Assembly (NCBI GenBank): GCA_964373045.1
Contig: CAYJSI010000008.1
Coordinates: 1-63,527 of the forward strand
From: an uncultured bacterium
Lineage (GTDB): Bacteria; Omnitrophota; Omnitrophia; Omnitrophales; Aquincolibacteriaceae
Direction: 5' to 3'
DNA length: 63,527 bases
Below the pieces are notes generated by a model. The model was not told where the DNA came from and ran no database searches. It worked only from the letters and a program-made list of their open reading frames with translations. Each line of letters starts with the position of its first letter. Position 1 is the stretch's first letter. This document shows positions 43,784-52,122 of this stretch, piece after piece. Both the position numbers and the translations under genes were made by a program.

Positions 43784-44144
43784 TCTGGCGCTCCTTTGGG
43801 TGACCACCTTGTTTCTTTCAGGCTGTATCGGATTTAATTTTCCTCAGCCCTTTTCCTGGAAGCCGGTGGAGATGCTCAATGGCGGGGCGCAGATCGGCCG
43901 CGACCAGCTCGCCAATCGATCCCTCGCCGCGAATCACATCGTGCGTCTTGATGGGCTAAGCGGAAACGAGGTGCTCTCGATTCTGGGGCAGCCTCAAAGC
44001 GTTCAAATCGTGGAGCCGCAGGTTTCTGAGGACTGGCATTTTATCTACTACAAGCGCTACAAAACGGCACCCCGAACCGGTGAAGGGGCCTTCATCGTAA
44101 GGTTTTATCAGAGCAAAGTTATCGATGTCGTCAAAACGAGTTGA
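43755..44144 (+). CDS. Small lipoprotein, BamE/SmpA-OmlA-like (tentative)
   Basis: [24 protein letters not shown] lipobox; [15 protein letters not shown]-type fold signature. Confidence 0.6.
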   Translation: MMNNAWRLFILALLWVTTLFLSGCIGFNFPQPFSWKPVEMLNGGAQIGRDQLANRSLAANHIVRLDGLSGNEVLSILGQPQSVQIVEPQVSEDWHFIYYKRYKTAPRTGEGAFIVRFYQSKVIDVVKTS

Positions 44145-44680
44145 CCCTCTCGCCTAAGAAATACTTCTTTTTCGCCGCTTCTTTCAGCTACACCGCGTTT
44201 CTTTTCTTTCTCGTTTTCTATGCCCTCCCCGTGGTCAGTTTTCTCCAAAGGATGGGCATTTATACCTTCCTCATTCCTGTTATCGGTCTTAGTTTTGCCG
44301 TAATCGTCTTCGCATCACTGTTCCAGGCACGCTCTCATGCTTCGAGATCCTTCGCCTCCGCCTTGATCTCATTGGCTGCAATTTATCTCTTCCTATTTTT
44401 TTATGTAAAAGATCCCATCCAAAAAATTCATTTAGGACTTTATGCCCTGCTTGCCCTGATTTATTTCAGAACGCTTGGGGAATATAACTTTGCCTTCTCT
44501 TCGCGCCTGGGCGGCACCTTGATCTTGGGTTCTTTGGTGGGCATCCTCGATGAGGGGTTTCAAAAATATATCCCGGGCCGTTTTTTTGAGTGGTTGGATC
44601 TCATGCTGAATGTTGCCGCCGTGGCGATGGGCAGTCTTTACGGCTGGATCCGCCATTCACTTAAAAACCCCATTTCTTAA
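44141..44680 (+). CDS. VanZ-like family membrane protein
   Basis: Four TM segments; DEGFQKYIPGRFFEWLDLMLNVAAVAMG; TTG start overlaps the upstream stop. Confidence 0.8.
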   Translation: MTLSPKKYFFFAASFSYTAFLFFLVFYALPVVSFLQRMGIYTFLIPVIGLSFAVIVFASLFQARSHASRSFASALISLAAIYLFLFFYVKDPIQKIHLGLYALLALIYFRTLGEYNFAFSSRLGGTLILGSLVGILDEGFQKYIPGRFFEWLDLMLNVAAVAMGSLYGWIRHSLKNPIS

Positions 44681-45710
44681 GTTCCCCCGCAATGGCTTCA
44701 GCCGCCGCCTCGTGGCCGAAACGATTCCAATGGTCATCAATTCGAAAGTACGGCAATTTCCCTGTCTTGAGCCAAAATTCCTTCAAGGGACCTGCTAAAT
44801 TCAAAAAATCGATTTCATAGTCAAGGCAATATTGACGCAAGCGCTCAACTTCCGGCTTCACTGCTTCACCACGCCTTTCAAGCCAATCGCCTTTAATCGG
44901 AAAATAGACGAGGACTAACCTCGTCCGCCCTCGCGTGATTTCCCGCAGCTGATCGAGTACTCCCGTGTCCAAGCTGGGAAGGCTCGAATCATCTTGCGCC
45001 ATCAAATTTTTTGAAAATTCCTTACGGCGATGGAAATTTTCCAGGGTGAAGTGAATTCCTCGCTCTAGAACGGTATAGACATAAGAGACGCGGTAAAGAG
45101 AAAAACGAATTTTTTCCTTCCACGAATAGGTGTCCGGTGATTTTGGCCAGTACATCCGTCCCCTTTTCCAATAAACCTTACGGTCGATATCCGGGGTCGG
45201 CCATTCTGACAAAAAAAATAATATGATGTCGGGTTGATATTTCATGCCGTCTTGCTCCAGGCGGGCCATCTGCTGGTAGGGCGAATAACCCGAAACACCC
45301 GTATTGAGCACCTCGGCGCCTTGAAGCCACTTATTTTCAAGAAGCTCCGTCACAGTTTGATCAATTTGAACACCCCATCCAAAGATGTGAGAATCGCCCA
45401 GCGCCAGAATCCTTTTTACGCCGGAAGGCTTTTCGATCGAATAATCACGATCCCTTAAATGGTCTCGATTAATCCGAACGCGTGTAATAAATTCCCGGTT
45501 CCAAAAAATTTGCTCCGCACCGTCCCTGGGAACATAAAGAATCCGTGGATCTTCATGCGGCTCAGAGCAGGTCTGCTGAATAATATTTCGATTATTAAAA
45601 TAGAGCCAATGAGGCGGATTCCATCTTAAGTAAATTTCGCCCATCAGAAGACCTGAGGCGAGAGAAACCAAGAAGGTCAAAAAAGGGCGGCTACTAAGAG
45701 CCCGGAACAC
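44661..45710 (-). CDS. SGNH/GDSL hydrolase family protein with N-terminal membrane anchor
   Basis: RILALGDSHIFGWGV block I. The track ORF runs to 45920, which would overlap the upstream gene by 227 nt. GTG 45710 gives a 17-nt overlap and a TM segment at the N-terminus. Confidence 0.75.
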   Translation of the reverse strand: MFRALSSRPFLTFLVSLASGLLMGEIYLRWNPPHWLYFNNRNIIQQTCSEPHEDPRILYVPRDGAEQIFWNREFITRVRINRDHLRDRDYSIEKPSGVKRILALGDSHIFGWGVQIDQTVTELLENKWLQGAEVLNTGVSGYSPYQQMARLEQDGMKYQPDIILFFLSEWPTPDIDRKVYWKRGRMYWPKSPDTYSWKEKIRFSLYRVSYVYTVLERGIHFTLENFHRRKEFSKNLMAQDDSSLPSLDTGVLDQLREITRGRTRLVLVYFPIKGDWLERRGEAVKPEVERLRQYCLDYEIDFLNLAGPLKEFWLKTGKLPYFRIDDHWNRFGHEAAAEAIAGELKKWGF

Positions 45711-47733
45711 GATGCCGCTCCTTTTTATATTTGAATCCTTCCTGAGCCGTGAGGCGCATGCCACTCGGCAGGGCTGAAATCCAGTACTGCCCCCTGGTGG
45801 GATCTTCAAAATGAATGTCAAAAACCCTTGCCCCCACTCCCCAAGCAAGGTCGGGATAGGCCGCTTCGGGAAAATCTTTAAACCGCTCTTGCTGGAAACC
45901 TTGAGGCGGCCACCCTTCAAACAAAAAGCTCGAATAAACGTAACCCATCCCCCGGAAAACCCACTGTTTTTGTTTTTCTTCCAGGGAGATCACTTGTTGA
46001 ATCGCTTGATCGCAGCGCGTCTCAACGCATGGGGCAGCCAGTAAATTGCCACGGTGAAACAGATAGGCGGGGATTGAGGCAATATTGCCTGAATCGCGAA
46101 GCGCTCGTTGGATGTCAGAGAGATTGCTTCCCTCCGCCGCATAAAAAGCCAACCCATTTTCAAAGAATTTCATTTCATTCTCAGTGAATCCCTCTGAAAG
46201 AAACTTTTTAATTTTCTCGCCCTTCTCCCTCGCCAAACACTCAAGATAATAGGGGCGATAAGATGGCGTTGCGATGTCCAAAAGTTTAAAAAGGTCTCTC
46301 TCTCCCATCTCCTCCCGTCCGCAAAGACTGTTGAAGAGGCCGTGCTCGAAGAAAAATCGGTCTTGAGGAGAGAGACGATTCACGATCTGGTGATATTTCA
46401 ACGAATCCCTTGTATCAAAATATCGGAAAAGGGTCTCAGACCACAGCATTCCAAGTTGGGCATAGGAGTAACCTTTAAATTTCAAACCGATTCCCACAGG
46501 ATCTTTGAACAGAAATTGCGACGAGCCCAGGATCCCGAACAAAAGCAAAATGATGAAGCAAAATCTTTTTTTGAGAAGGTGAACACCCGAAGCTGCAAAA
46601 ATAATTCCAAAAAAATAAAGGGGGACAAAATAGCGGCTGTCAAGGTAGTGCCCGTAAATGGGAAAAGAACCGATAAAGTTGCTGGCCGTTCCCAACAGCC
46701 AAAAAACAACGGGAAAGACGTAAAAAAAAACATAACGTTTCTTCTCAGGGCTCCCCTGGAGCGTTCCTCCCCGATACATCCCACGAACCAGATAGACAAT
46801 GATTCCGTAGTAAACGTATGCGCCGACCCAGCTGAGCCCCTTCGAGTAAGGAAAGAAATGAAAGGAGGCGGGAAGAGAGATAAGCGGAAAATCAATCGCC
46901 CTCCGAACTATTCTTAAAAACTTGCTCAGAATGAAGCGGGGCGTGAAATCATCCGGGGCAAAGGCCCTTAAAAGAAAAAGCGCCGATTCTCCCCCACAGA
47001 AAATATTGTAGAGAAGATAGGGTAAAAGCCCGACAAAGAAGGCGGTAAGGAAAATAAAAAATTCGCGGCGCCAAAAAGACTTCCCTTGAATCAACCCCCC
47101 GCATAAAAGAAGGCTTAACGTTGTAAGACCCGTAATATTCACAAACCAGAACCCGAAACCGCTCACAACCCCGGAAAAGACAAGGAACAGGTTTTCCCTG
47201 GGACGCCCCGTTTTGGGGAAAAAATAGGCGTAAAAAAAATAAAGACTCAAAAGGCTAAAGAGAAGGGACTCGCTGTGAAAACCCATGGCCAAGTGAGTCA
47301 GGTAAGTCAAAGAGGGCGGCGGAAATGTAAAAAGGAGGCTCGCCATCCACGCCACTTGAAAACCAAGAAAACGCTTCGCGAAAAAATAAAGGAGAACGAG
47401 CGTCGCGGTCGAGAATAAAAGGGGCGTTAATTTAAGAACGAATAGGCTTTCCCCAACGTGTCGAAAAAAGAAACTTACGACCCAGGCCACTGCCAACGAG
47501 CCTCCCGAGTAGTAATCCGCTTGATAATCCCATAGGGGCGCTTTTAATCCCTGGACGATCTCCTTTGCAATCACCCCCCGATAAAGCTCCTCTGAGAATT
47601 GAACCGTTTCGATGGCCGTTAAAAGAGTGACAAGATGGTATCCTCCATAAAGCAGGACAAGGCAAAGGGGAACGACAAGGGTTCGGGTAAACGAAAAATT
47701 TTTTGCAGGTGTAAATATGGAAGTTGAAGCCAT
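45694..47733 (-). CDS. GT-C fold membrane glycosyltransferase (ArnT/PMT_2-like) with C-terminal soluble domain
   Basis: 679 aa. The N-terminal ~420 aa are polytopic with an ArnT/PMT-like first loop (..YYSGGSLAVAW..LKLTPLLFSTATLVLLYFFAKRF). Confidence 0.7.
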   Translation of the reverse strand: MASTSIFTPAKNFSFTRTLVVPLCLVLLYGGYHLVTLLTAIETVQFSEELYRGVIAKEIVQGLKAPLWDYQADYYSGGSLAVAWVVSFFFRHVGESLFVLKLTPLLFSTATLVLLYFFAKRFLGFQVAWMASLLFTFPPPSLTYLTHLAMGFHSESLLFSLLSLYFFYAYFFPKTGRPRENLFLVFSGVVSGFGFWFVNITGLTTLSLLLCGGLIQGKSFWRREFFIFLTAFFVGLLPYLLYNIFCGGESALFLLRAFAPDDFTPRFILSKFLRIVRRAIDFPLISLPASFHFFPYSKGLSWVGAYVYYGIIVYLVRGMYRGGTLQGSPEKKRYVFFYVFPVVFWLLGTASNFIGSFPIYGHYLDSRYFVPLYFFGIIFAASGVHLLKKRFCFIILLLFGILGSSQFLFKDPVGIGLKFKGYSYAQLGMLWSETLFRYFDTRDSLKYHQIVNRLSPQDRFFFEHGLFNSLCGREEMGERDLFKLLDIATPSYRPYYLECLAREKGEKIKKFLSEGFTENEMKFFENGLAFYAAEGSNLSDIQRALRDSGNIASIPAYLFHRGNLLAAPCVETRCDQAIQQVISLEEKQKQWVFRGMGYVYSSFLFEGWPPQGFQQERFKDFPEAAYPDLAWGVGARVFDIHFEDPTRGQYWISALPSGMRLTAQEGFKYKKERHRVPGS

Positions 47734-47752
47734 ACGCAGAATTCGATATAAT
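47724..47752 (+). promoter_or_regulatory. Candidate sigma70-type promoter of the RiPP-like operon (TTGAAG-17-TATAAT)
   Basis: -35 at 47724-47729 and -10 at 47747-47752, which is only 9 nt before ATG 47762. The -35 lies inside the divergent GT-C gene's first codons. Confidence 0.35.
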
Positions 47753-47761
47753 TTACCTGCT

Positions 47762-48052
47762 ATGTTCGACAGTGTCTATGCAAAAAATAGGGATTACGTT
47801 TACCGCGAAGTCGCGGGCGAATATCTCCTCATCCCCATCCGCCAAAAATTGAACGAGGCCAACAAACTTTACGTCTTGAACAAAACGGGCTCGGAGGTCT
47901 GGAATCGCCTTGATGGCAAACGCCCTTTAAGTTCCATTGTCTCCGAACTTGGAGAAATGTTCGAGGTCAGCTCCGAAACACTTCAGCAGGACATCCAGAC
48001 ACTCCTTCAAGACCTGCTCAGCATCCAAGCCGCGCAAGAAACCGCGTCGTGA
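47762..48052 (+). CDS. PqqD-family protein (RiPP recognition element) no. 1
   Basis: YREVAGEYLLIPI..YVLNKTGSEVWNRLDGKRPLSSIVSELGEMFEVSSETLQQDIQTLLQDL. The track ORF starts at 47717. Confidence 0.85.
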   Translation: MFDSVYAKNRDYVYREVAGEYLLIPIRQKLNEANKLYVLNKTGSEVWNRLDGKRPLSSIVSELGEMFEVSSETLQQDIQTLLQDLLSIQAAQETAS

Positions 48053-49608
48053 TCGTCACCGGCAACTTCCAGAAGGAGTTTACCGAGGTTCATCCCGGCA
48101 TCTTTGTCATGGAAAATCATGACGGGGCCCACCACGTCTGGAAGCAAAGAGGATGCCGCGACAAGATCCTTTTGCATTTTGATGCCCACATTGATTTTTC
48201 GTGGATCACGCCTTCCGTCGGTGAACTCCTTCTTTCGGACTCCATCCAGGATTTTGAGTCCCAACTGAATCAGTCACGCCTCTGGAGCTGGACGGACCAA
48301 TCAGCCGAGGATCGAACCCACCTAGGCAATTACATCTATCAGGGGCTCAAGGGCGATATCGTTAAAGAATTTATTTGGATCTATCCGGATGCCCCGTCGC
48401 CTGATCGCCAGGCCCGAGCCGTGGAGCGGATCTTAAGGAATACGGGCGCCATTATGCCCGAATTCTTTAAAGTCAAAGAGGGTGAAGAGGCCGGTTGCTT
48501 CGAGGGCTTCATTTTAAATAAACCCTTTAAGGCTCTCCCCTTTTCAAAGCTCAATACTATTTCCGGTTTTGAAGAATCCATTCTTTTGAATGTCGATACC
48601 GATTTTTTTGTCATCCAAGAATTGTATTCTCGTTCTTATCCCTACCGCAATTTTGACAAGGATCTTCGAGGCTGGCTCTCCCCCCAGGGACTCCTCGACC
48701 AAATCAAGTCTCGGGAGATTGTCTCCGATTGTCTGACCTTGGCCTTTTCTGTCGAGGAGGGTTATACACCTATCTCCCTGAAGTTCTTAGGGGAAGAGTT
48801 CTGGAAAAGATTTGCCGACACCCTCCACCTTGAGGAAGAAAAGGCATTTGACGGCTTGAAGGAATCTTTCTCTCTGCCTCCTCAAGATGCGCGGCGTCTG
48901 CTGAACGGGCTCATTCAAGATACCCCTGAGCGGGCTGACCTCCATTTTAATCTAGCGGTTCATTTAGCAGCGATGAGCGATATCACAGAGGCGAGAACGC
49001 ATTACTGGAAAGCAGTTGAACGCGATGAGAGCTACCGGAGCGCTTACAACCATGAGGGCCGCGCCCTGTATTTTTGCGAAAGAAAAAAGGAAGCGGATGT
49101 CTCCTTCTCCCAAATAAAAGCGGTGGACCCTGAGCATCCTGATGCCCTCTTTTACGACATCGAGCGGGCTGCCGAAAAAAAAATATGGGGTGAGGTCTTA
49201 AAAAGAGTGGAGGAGGCACGCCATCAGGGACTTCAAGATTCCCGCGTCGCCTTAATGAGAGGGGAGGCCCTTGACGCCACAGGCCGATGGCAGGAGGCCT
49301 GTGCTAGTATCAAAAATTTTGACTCCACAGAAGAGGGGCTTGGATTTTTCCGCATCCGATTCCTCACCCTCAAGGCACGCCTCGCCGAGAGAGGAAATGA
49401 AATCGATGAGGCGATCGATGCCTGGCGCGAGATCATCAATCTTCGGGTCCTTTTGACGGAGGCCCATCTTCGGCTCTTCTTTCTTTACTTTAAAAAAGGG
49501 AACCTCTATCAAATGAAAAGAAATTTCATGAAAGGTTTACGCTTTTCCTTTTTTGAATGCTTCAGGCCGCTTATCCGATGGAGTGCTAAGCAAAAGACTT
49601 ACCTATGA
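48049..49608 (+). CDS. UPF0489-like (arginase/deacetylase-fold-like) domain plus TPR repeat protein
   Basis: VMENHDGAHHVW..ILLHFDAHIDF and LLNVDTDFFV resemble UPF0489. The C-terminal ~230 aa are TPR-like. The GTG start overlaps the pqqD1 stop (GTGA). Confidence 0.6.
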   Translation: MIVTGNFQKEFTEVHPGIFVMENHDGAHHVWKQRGCRDKILLHFDAHIDFSWITPSVGELLLSDSIQDFESQLNQSRLWSWTDQSAEDRTHLGNYIYQGLKGDIVKEFIWIYPDAPSPDRQARAVERILRNTGAIMPEFFKVKEGEEAGCFEGFILNKPFKALPFSKLNTISGFEESILLNVDTDFFVIQELYSRSYPYRNFDKDLRGWLSPQGLLDQIKSREIVSDCLTLAFSVEEGYTPISLKFLGEEFWKRFADTLHLEEEKAFDGLKESFSLPPQDARRLLNGLIQDTPERADLHFNLAVHLAAMSDITEARTHYWKAVERDESYRSAYNHEGRALYFCERKKEADVSFSQIKAVDPEHPDALFYDIERAAEKKIWGEVLKRVEEARHQGLQDSRVALMRGEALDATGRWQEACASIKNFDSTEEGLGFFRIRFLTLKARLAERGNEIDEAIDAWREIINLRVLLTEAHLRLFFLYFKKGNLYQMKRNFMKGLRFSFFECFRPLIRWSAKQKTYL

Positions 49609-49901
49609 TCGCGTTCGGCTCCACAAAACTTCAAGGCGTTTACCAAGCCGTCGGCTCCGCTCAATGGAAGGAGATGGAAGGACAGGCCGTCATCCTCGAC
49701 CCTCGAAATTCGCAGGTGGTGCGGCTCAATGAGCTGGGCGCTCGGATCTGGAAACAAATCAACGGGATAAATACGCTAGAGGAAATTGCCGCCAGTCTTG
49801 AAAAGGAATATAATGTGCCGAGAAGGAAAGCCGAAAAAGACACGCTTGACTTTGTTTGTAAACTTTTTGAACGGGAATTAATCGTTAAAAAACATGATTG
49901 A
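49605..49901 (+). CDS. PqqD-family protein (RiPP recognition element) no. 2
   Basis: QAVILDPRNSQVVRLNELGARIWKQINGINTLEEIAASLEKEYNV..DTLDFVCKLFEREL; ATGA overlap with the upstream gene. Confidence 0.85.
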   Translation: MIAFGSTKLQGVYQAVGSAQWKEMEGQAVILDPRNSQVVRLNELGARIWKQINGINTLEEIAASLEKEYNVPRRKAEKDTLDFVCKLFERELIVKKHD

Positions 49902-50805
49902 ATCTTATTCTCTTTCCCGCCTCCCTGATCGTTACCCCATTCATGGCCAGTGGGAGATCACCTGCCGCTGCAATCTCAAATGCGTGATGTGCTATACGGA
50001 TTGTTTTAATACCCCCGAAAAAATCCGCCAGGAATTATCCACGGCTGAAATCAAGGCAATCATGGATGATATTGCCGCCGAAGGCTGTGTTGAACTATGC
50101 CTGACAGGGGGCGAACCGCTGGCCAGACCTGATTTTCGAGAAATCTACGCTTATGCCAAAGAAAAGGGGTTCCTCATTACCTTATTTACAAACGGAACTC
50201 TCATCGATAACGCTATGGCAGATTTTTTCGCGTCGCTCCAACCGCGCGTCATTGAAATTTCACTCCATAGCCTGACCCCCAAGACCTTTGAAACCATCAC
50301 GGCCGGGAAGGGATCGTTTGATAAATGCATGGAAGGCATCCGGCGGCTCATGGAACGAAGGCTGCCGCTTGTCCTTAAAATGGTCGCCCTGACCTTGAAT
50401 CAGGATGACGTTATTGCCGTCAAGCGATTCACGGACCAATTTCCCTCGGTTCGTTTTAAGCTTGGGGAAGACCTTCGACCTACACTCGATGGAAATCAAA
50501 CCCCTGGACAATATCAGCTAAGCGAAGAAGCGCTTCGCCGGATTAAAGAACAGGATAGGGATATTTATCTTGATTCGTGTCAGGATGAAAGCGAGAAACC
50601 CTTCCACGCCTGCCACGAAGGCAAAAAGAGTTTTCATATCGATGCCTACGGCAGCCTTCAGCTTTGTTCCGGCAATCGGCGTCAAAGTTACGATTTAAGA
50701 AAGGGCTCTTTCCGGGAAGGCTTTTACGAATTCCTGCCCCATTTCCCTTGCCCGGCCAAAAAAATTCTTACCGGCGCCGAAAGTTCATACGAGGGACCAT
50801 GCTAG
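49894..50805 (+). CDS. Radical SAM enzyme no. 1 (truncated SPASM/twitch-like C-terminus)
   Basis: CNLKCVMCY (CxxxCxxC), LTGGEPLARPDF, and C-terminal CHEGKKSFHIDAYGSLQLC. Confidence 0.9.
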   Translation: MIESYSLSRLPDRYPIHGQWEITCRCNLKCVMCYTDCFNTPEKIRQELSTAEIKAIMDDIAAEGCVELCLTGGEPLARPDFREIYAYAKEKGFLITLFTNGTLIDNAMADFFASLQPRVIEISLHSLTPKTFETITAGKGSFDKCMEGIRRLMERRLPLVLKMVALTLNQDDVIAVKRFTDQFPSVRFKLGEDLRPTLDGNQTPGQYQLSEEALRRIKEQDRDIYLDSCQDESEKPFHACHEGKKSFHIDAYGSLQLCSGNRRQSYDLRKGSFREGFYEFLPHFPCPAKKILTGAESSYEGPC

Positions 50806-51968
50806 AGCTGAGACCCCTCCCTCGAATTCCCTACGCAGCACTGAGTGAGAAAATTTATGACCGTTCGCATGACGCCGGACAAGTCACGCGCGTGCAAATG
50901 GAATTGACCAATCGCTGCAATCTCCACTGTCTTCATTGCTACACCGATCCTCTAAACAAACCGAACTATTTTTCCAAAGAAATGACTACGACGGAGGTGA
51001 AAAACATTCTGGATCAGATAGCCGATCACGGCATCCTCTGGGTCAATTTTACGGGCGGCGAGTGCCTCGCCCGTGCGGATTTCTTTGATATTTATGACTA
51101 TGCGTCCCAGAAAGGATTTATTTTAAGCATTTTTTCAAATGGCACGACCTTAAATGAAAAAACCGTGTTGCGATTTAAAAAAAATCCACCATTTTTTATT
51201 GAGATTTCGGTGCATTCAGTCCATGCAAAGGCCTTTGACGCCTTCACCCAAGTTCCCGGATCCTTTCAGAAATTCCTTAAGGGACTCCATCTTCTCAGAG
51301 AACATCAAATCCCCTTTCGCCTCAAGACCAAGGCTATGAATTGGAACCAGCAGGAGATTCCGGAGATCCGCCGTTTTGTGGAATCTTATGGTTTAAAATT
51401 TAGCTACACCACAAACCTTTACCCCCGCCTGGATGGAGACTTGGGTCCCACCCGGATGAGGCTTTCGCCGGCGGAGATCAAGACCCTCGATAACGAGCAG
51501 AAGACTTGGCGGGATGACGAAGAATCCTGTCAGCTCATAAGTGAATGGATTGGACCGCCAGAGTCTGATAAAGTGTACCGCTGTGCATGTGCGACGAACA
51601 CGATCCACATTAACGCGTGGGGAGAACTCGGCACGTGTACGTTTGAATACGAGAAAAGAGTCTCATTGCGAAAAGTCCCCTTGAGTGAGGCGATCGATCA
51701 AGTTTTTTCATATGTCCGATCTTTGAGTTTCGAGAAAGAAACGCCCTGCCGGCGCTGCGAGGTCCATGCCTTTTGCGAACGAAGCGCCACGTCCTTTCAG
51801 AGGGAAACGGGCGACCGCGAAAATCCGGTACCCCATTTCTGCGATGTGGCTTATGATCGGGCCGTTCGCTTTGCGGGAGAAAAAGTTCTTCATCCCTTAA
51901 CCCATCAAGCCAAAGGAGCCGACGATGAATACCGCCAAGAAAACCTACGTATCTCCAAAACTCTTTGA
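50799..51968 (+). CDS. Radical SAM/SPASM enzyme no. 2
   Basis: CNLHCLHCY, FTGGECLARADF, and SPASM cysteines CACATNTIHINAWGELGTC...CRRCEVHAFC. The likely start is ATG 50799 (7-nt overlap). The track ORF starts at 50664. Confidence 0.9.
   Translation: MLELRPLPRIPYAALSEKIYDRSHDAGQVTRVQMELTNRCNLHCLHCYTDPLNKPNYFSKEMTTTEVKNILDQIADHGILWVNFTGGECLARADFFDIYDYASQKGFILSIFSNGTTLNEKTVLRFKKNPPFFIEISVHSVHAKAFDAFTQVPGSFQKFLKGLHLLREHQIPFRLKTKAMNWNQQEIPEIRRFVESYGLKFSYTTNLYPRLDGDLGPTRMRLSPAEIKTLDNEQKTWRDDEESCQLISEWIGPPESDKVYRCACATNTIHINAWGELGTCTFEYEKRVSLRKVPLSEAIDQVFSYVRSLSFEKETPCRRCEVHAFCERSATSFQRETGDRENPVPHFCDVAYDRAVRFAGEKVLHPLTHQAKGADDEYRQENLRISKTL
51914..51918 (+). promoter_or_regulatory. Shine-Dalgarno (AGGAG) for the precursor ORF
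   Basis: caaAGGAGccgacgATG, with a 6-nt spacer. It lies inside the 3' end of rSAM no. 2. Confidence 0.6.
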
Positions 51969-52113
51969 AGTCGAACTGAACCCGACTCAAGCCATTCTCA
52001 CGACCTGCAACAACACCTCCACCACCCTTTCAACGAACAGCACCAGACGCCGTTGCGTTGGGACCTGCCGTCGAAGCGGCGCCGGCGGTCAGGACAATAC
52101 AACTGTTTCATAG
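51925..52113 (+). CDS. Candidate RiPP precursor peptide (62 aa)
   Basis: MNTAKKTYVSPKLFEVELNPTQAILTTCNNTSTTLSTNSTRRRCVGTCRRSGAGGQDNTTVS. It has its own SD sequence and a YxxPxL leader-like motif. The C-terminal part is rich in Cys, Ser, Thr, Asn and Arg. It sits between rSAM no. 2 and the kinase. Confidence 0.7.
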   Translation: MNTAKKTYVSPKLFEVELNPTQAILTTCNNTSTTLSTNSTRRRCVGTCRRSGAGGQDNTTVS

Positions 52114-52122
52114 CCATCCTGC

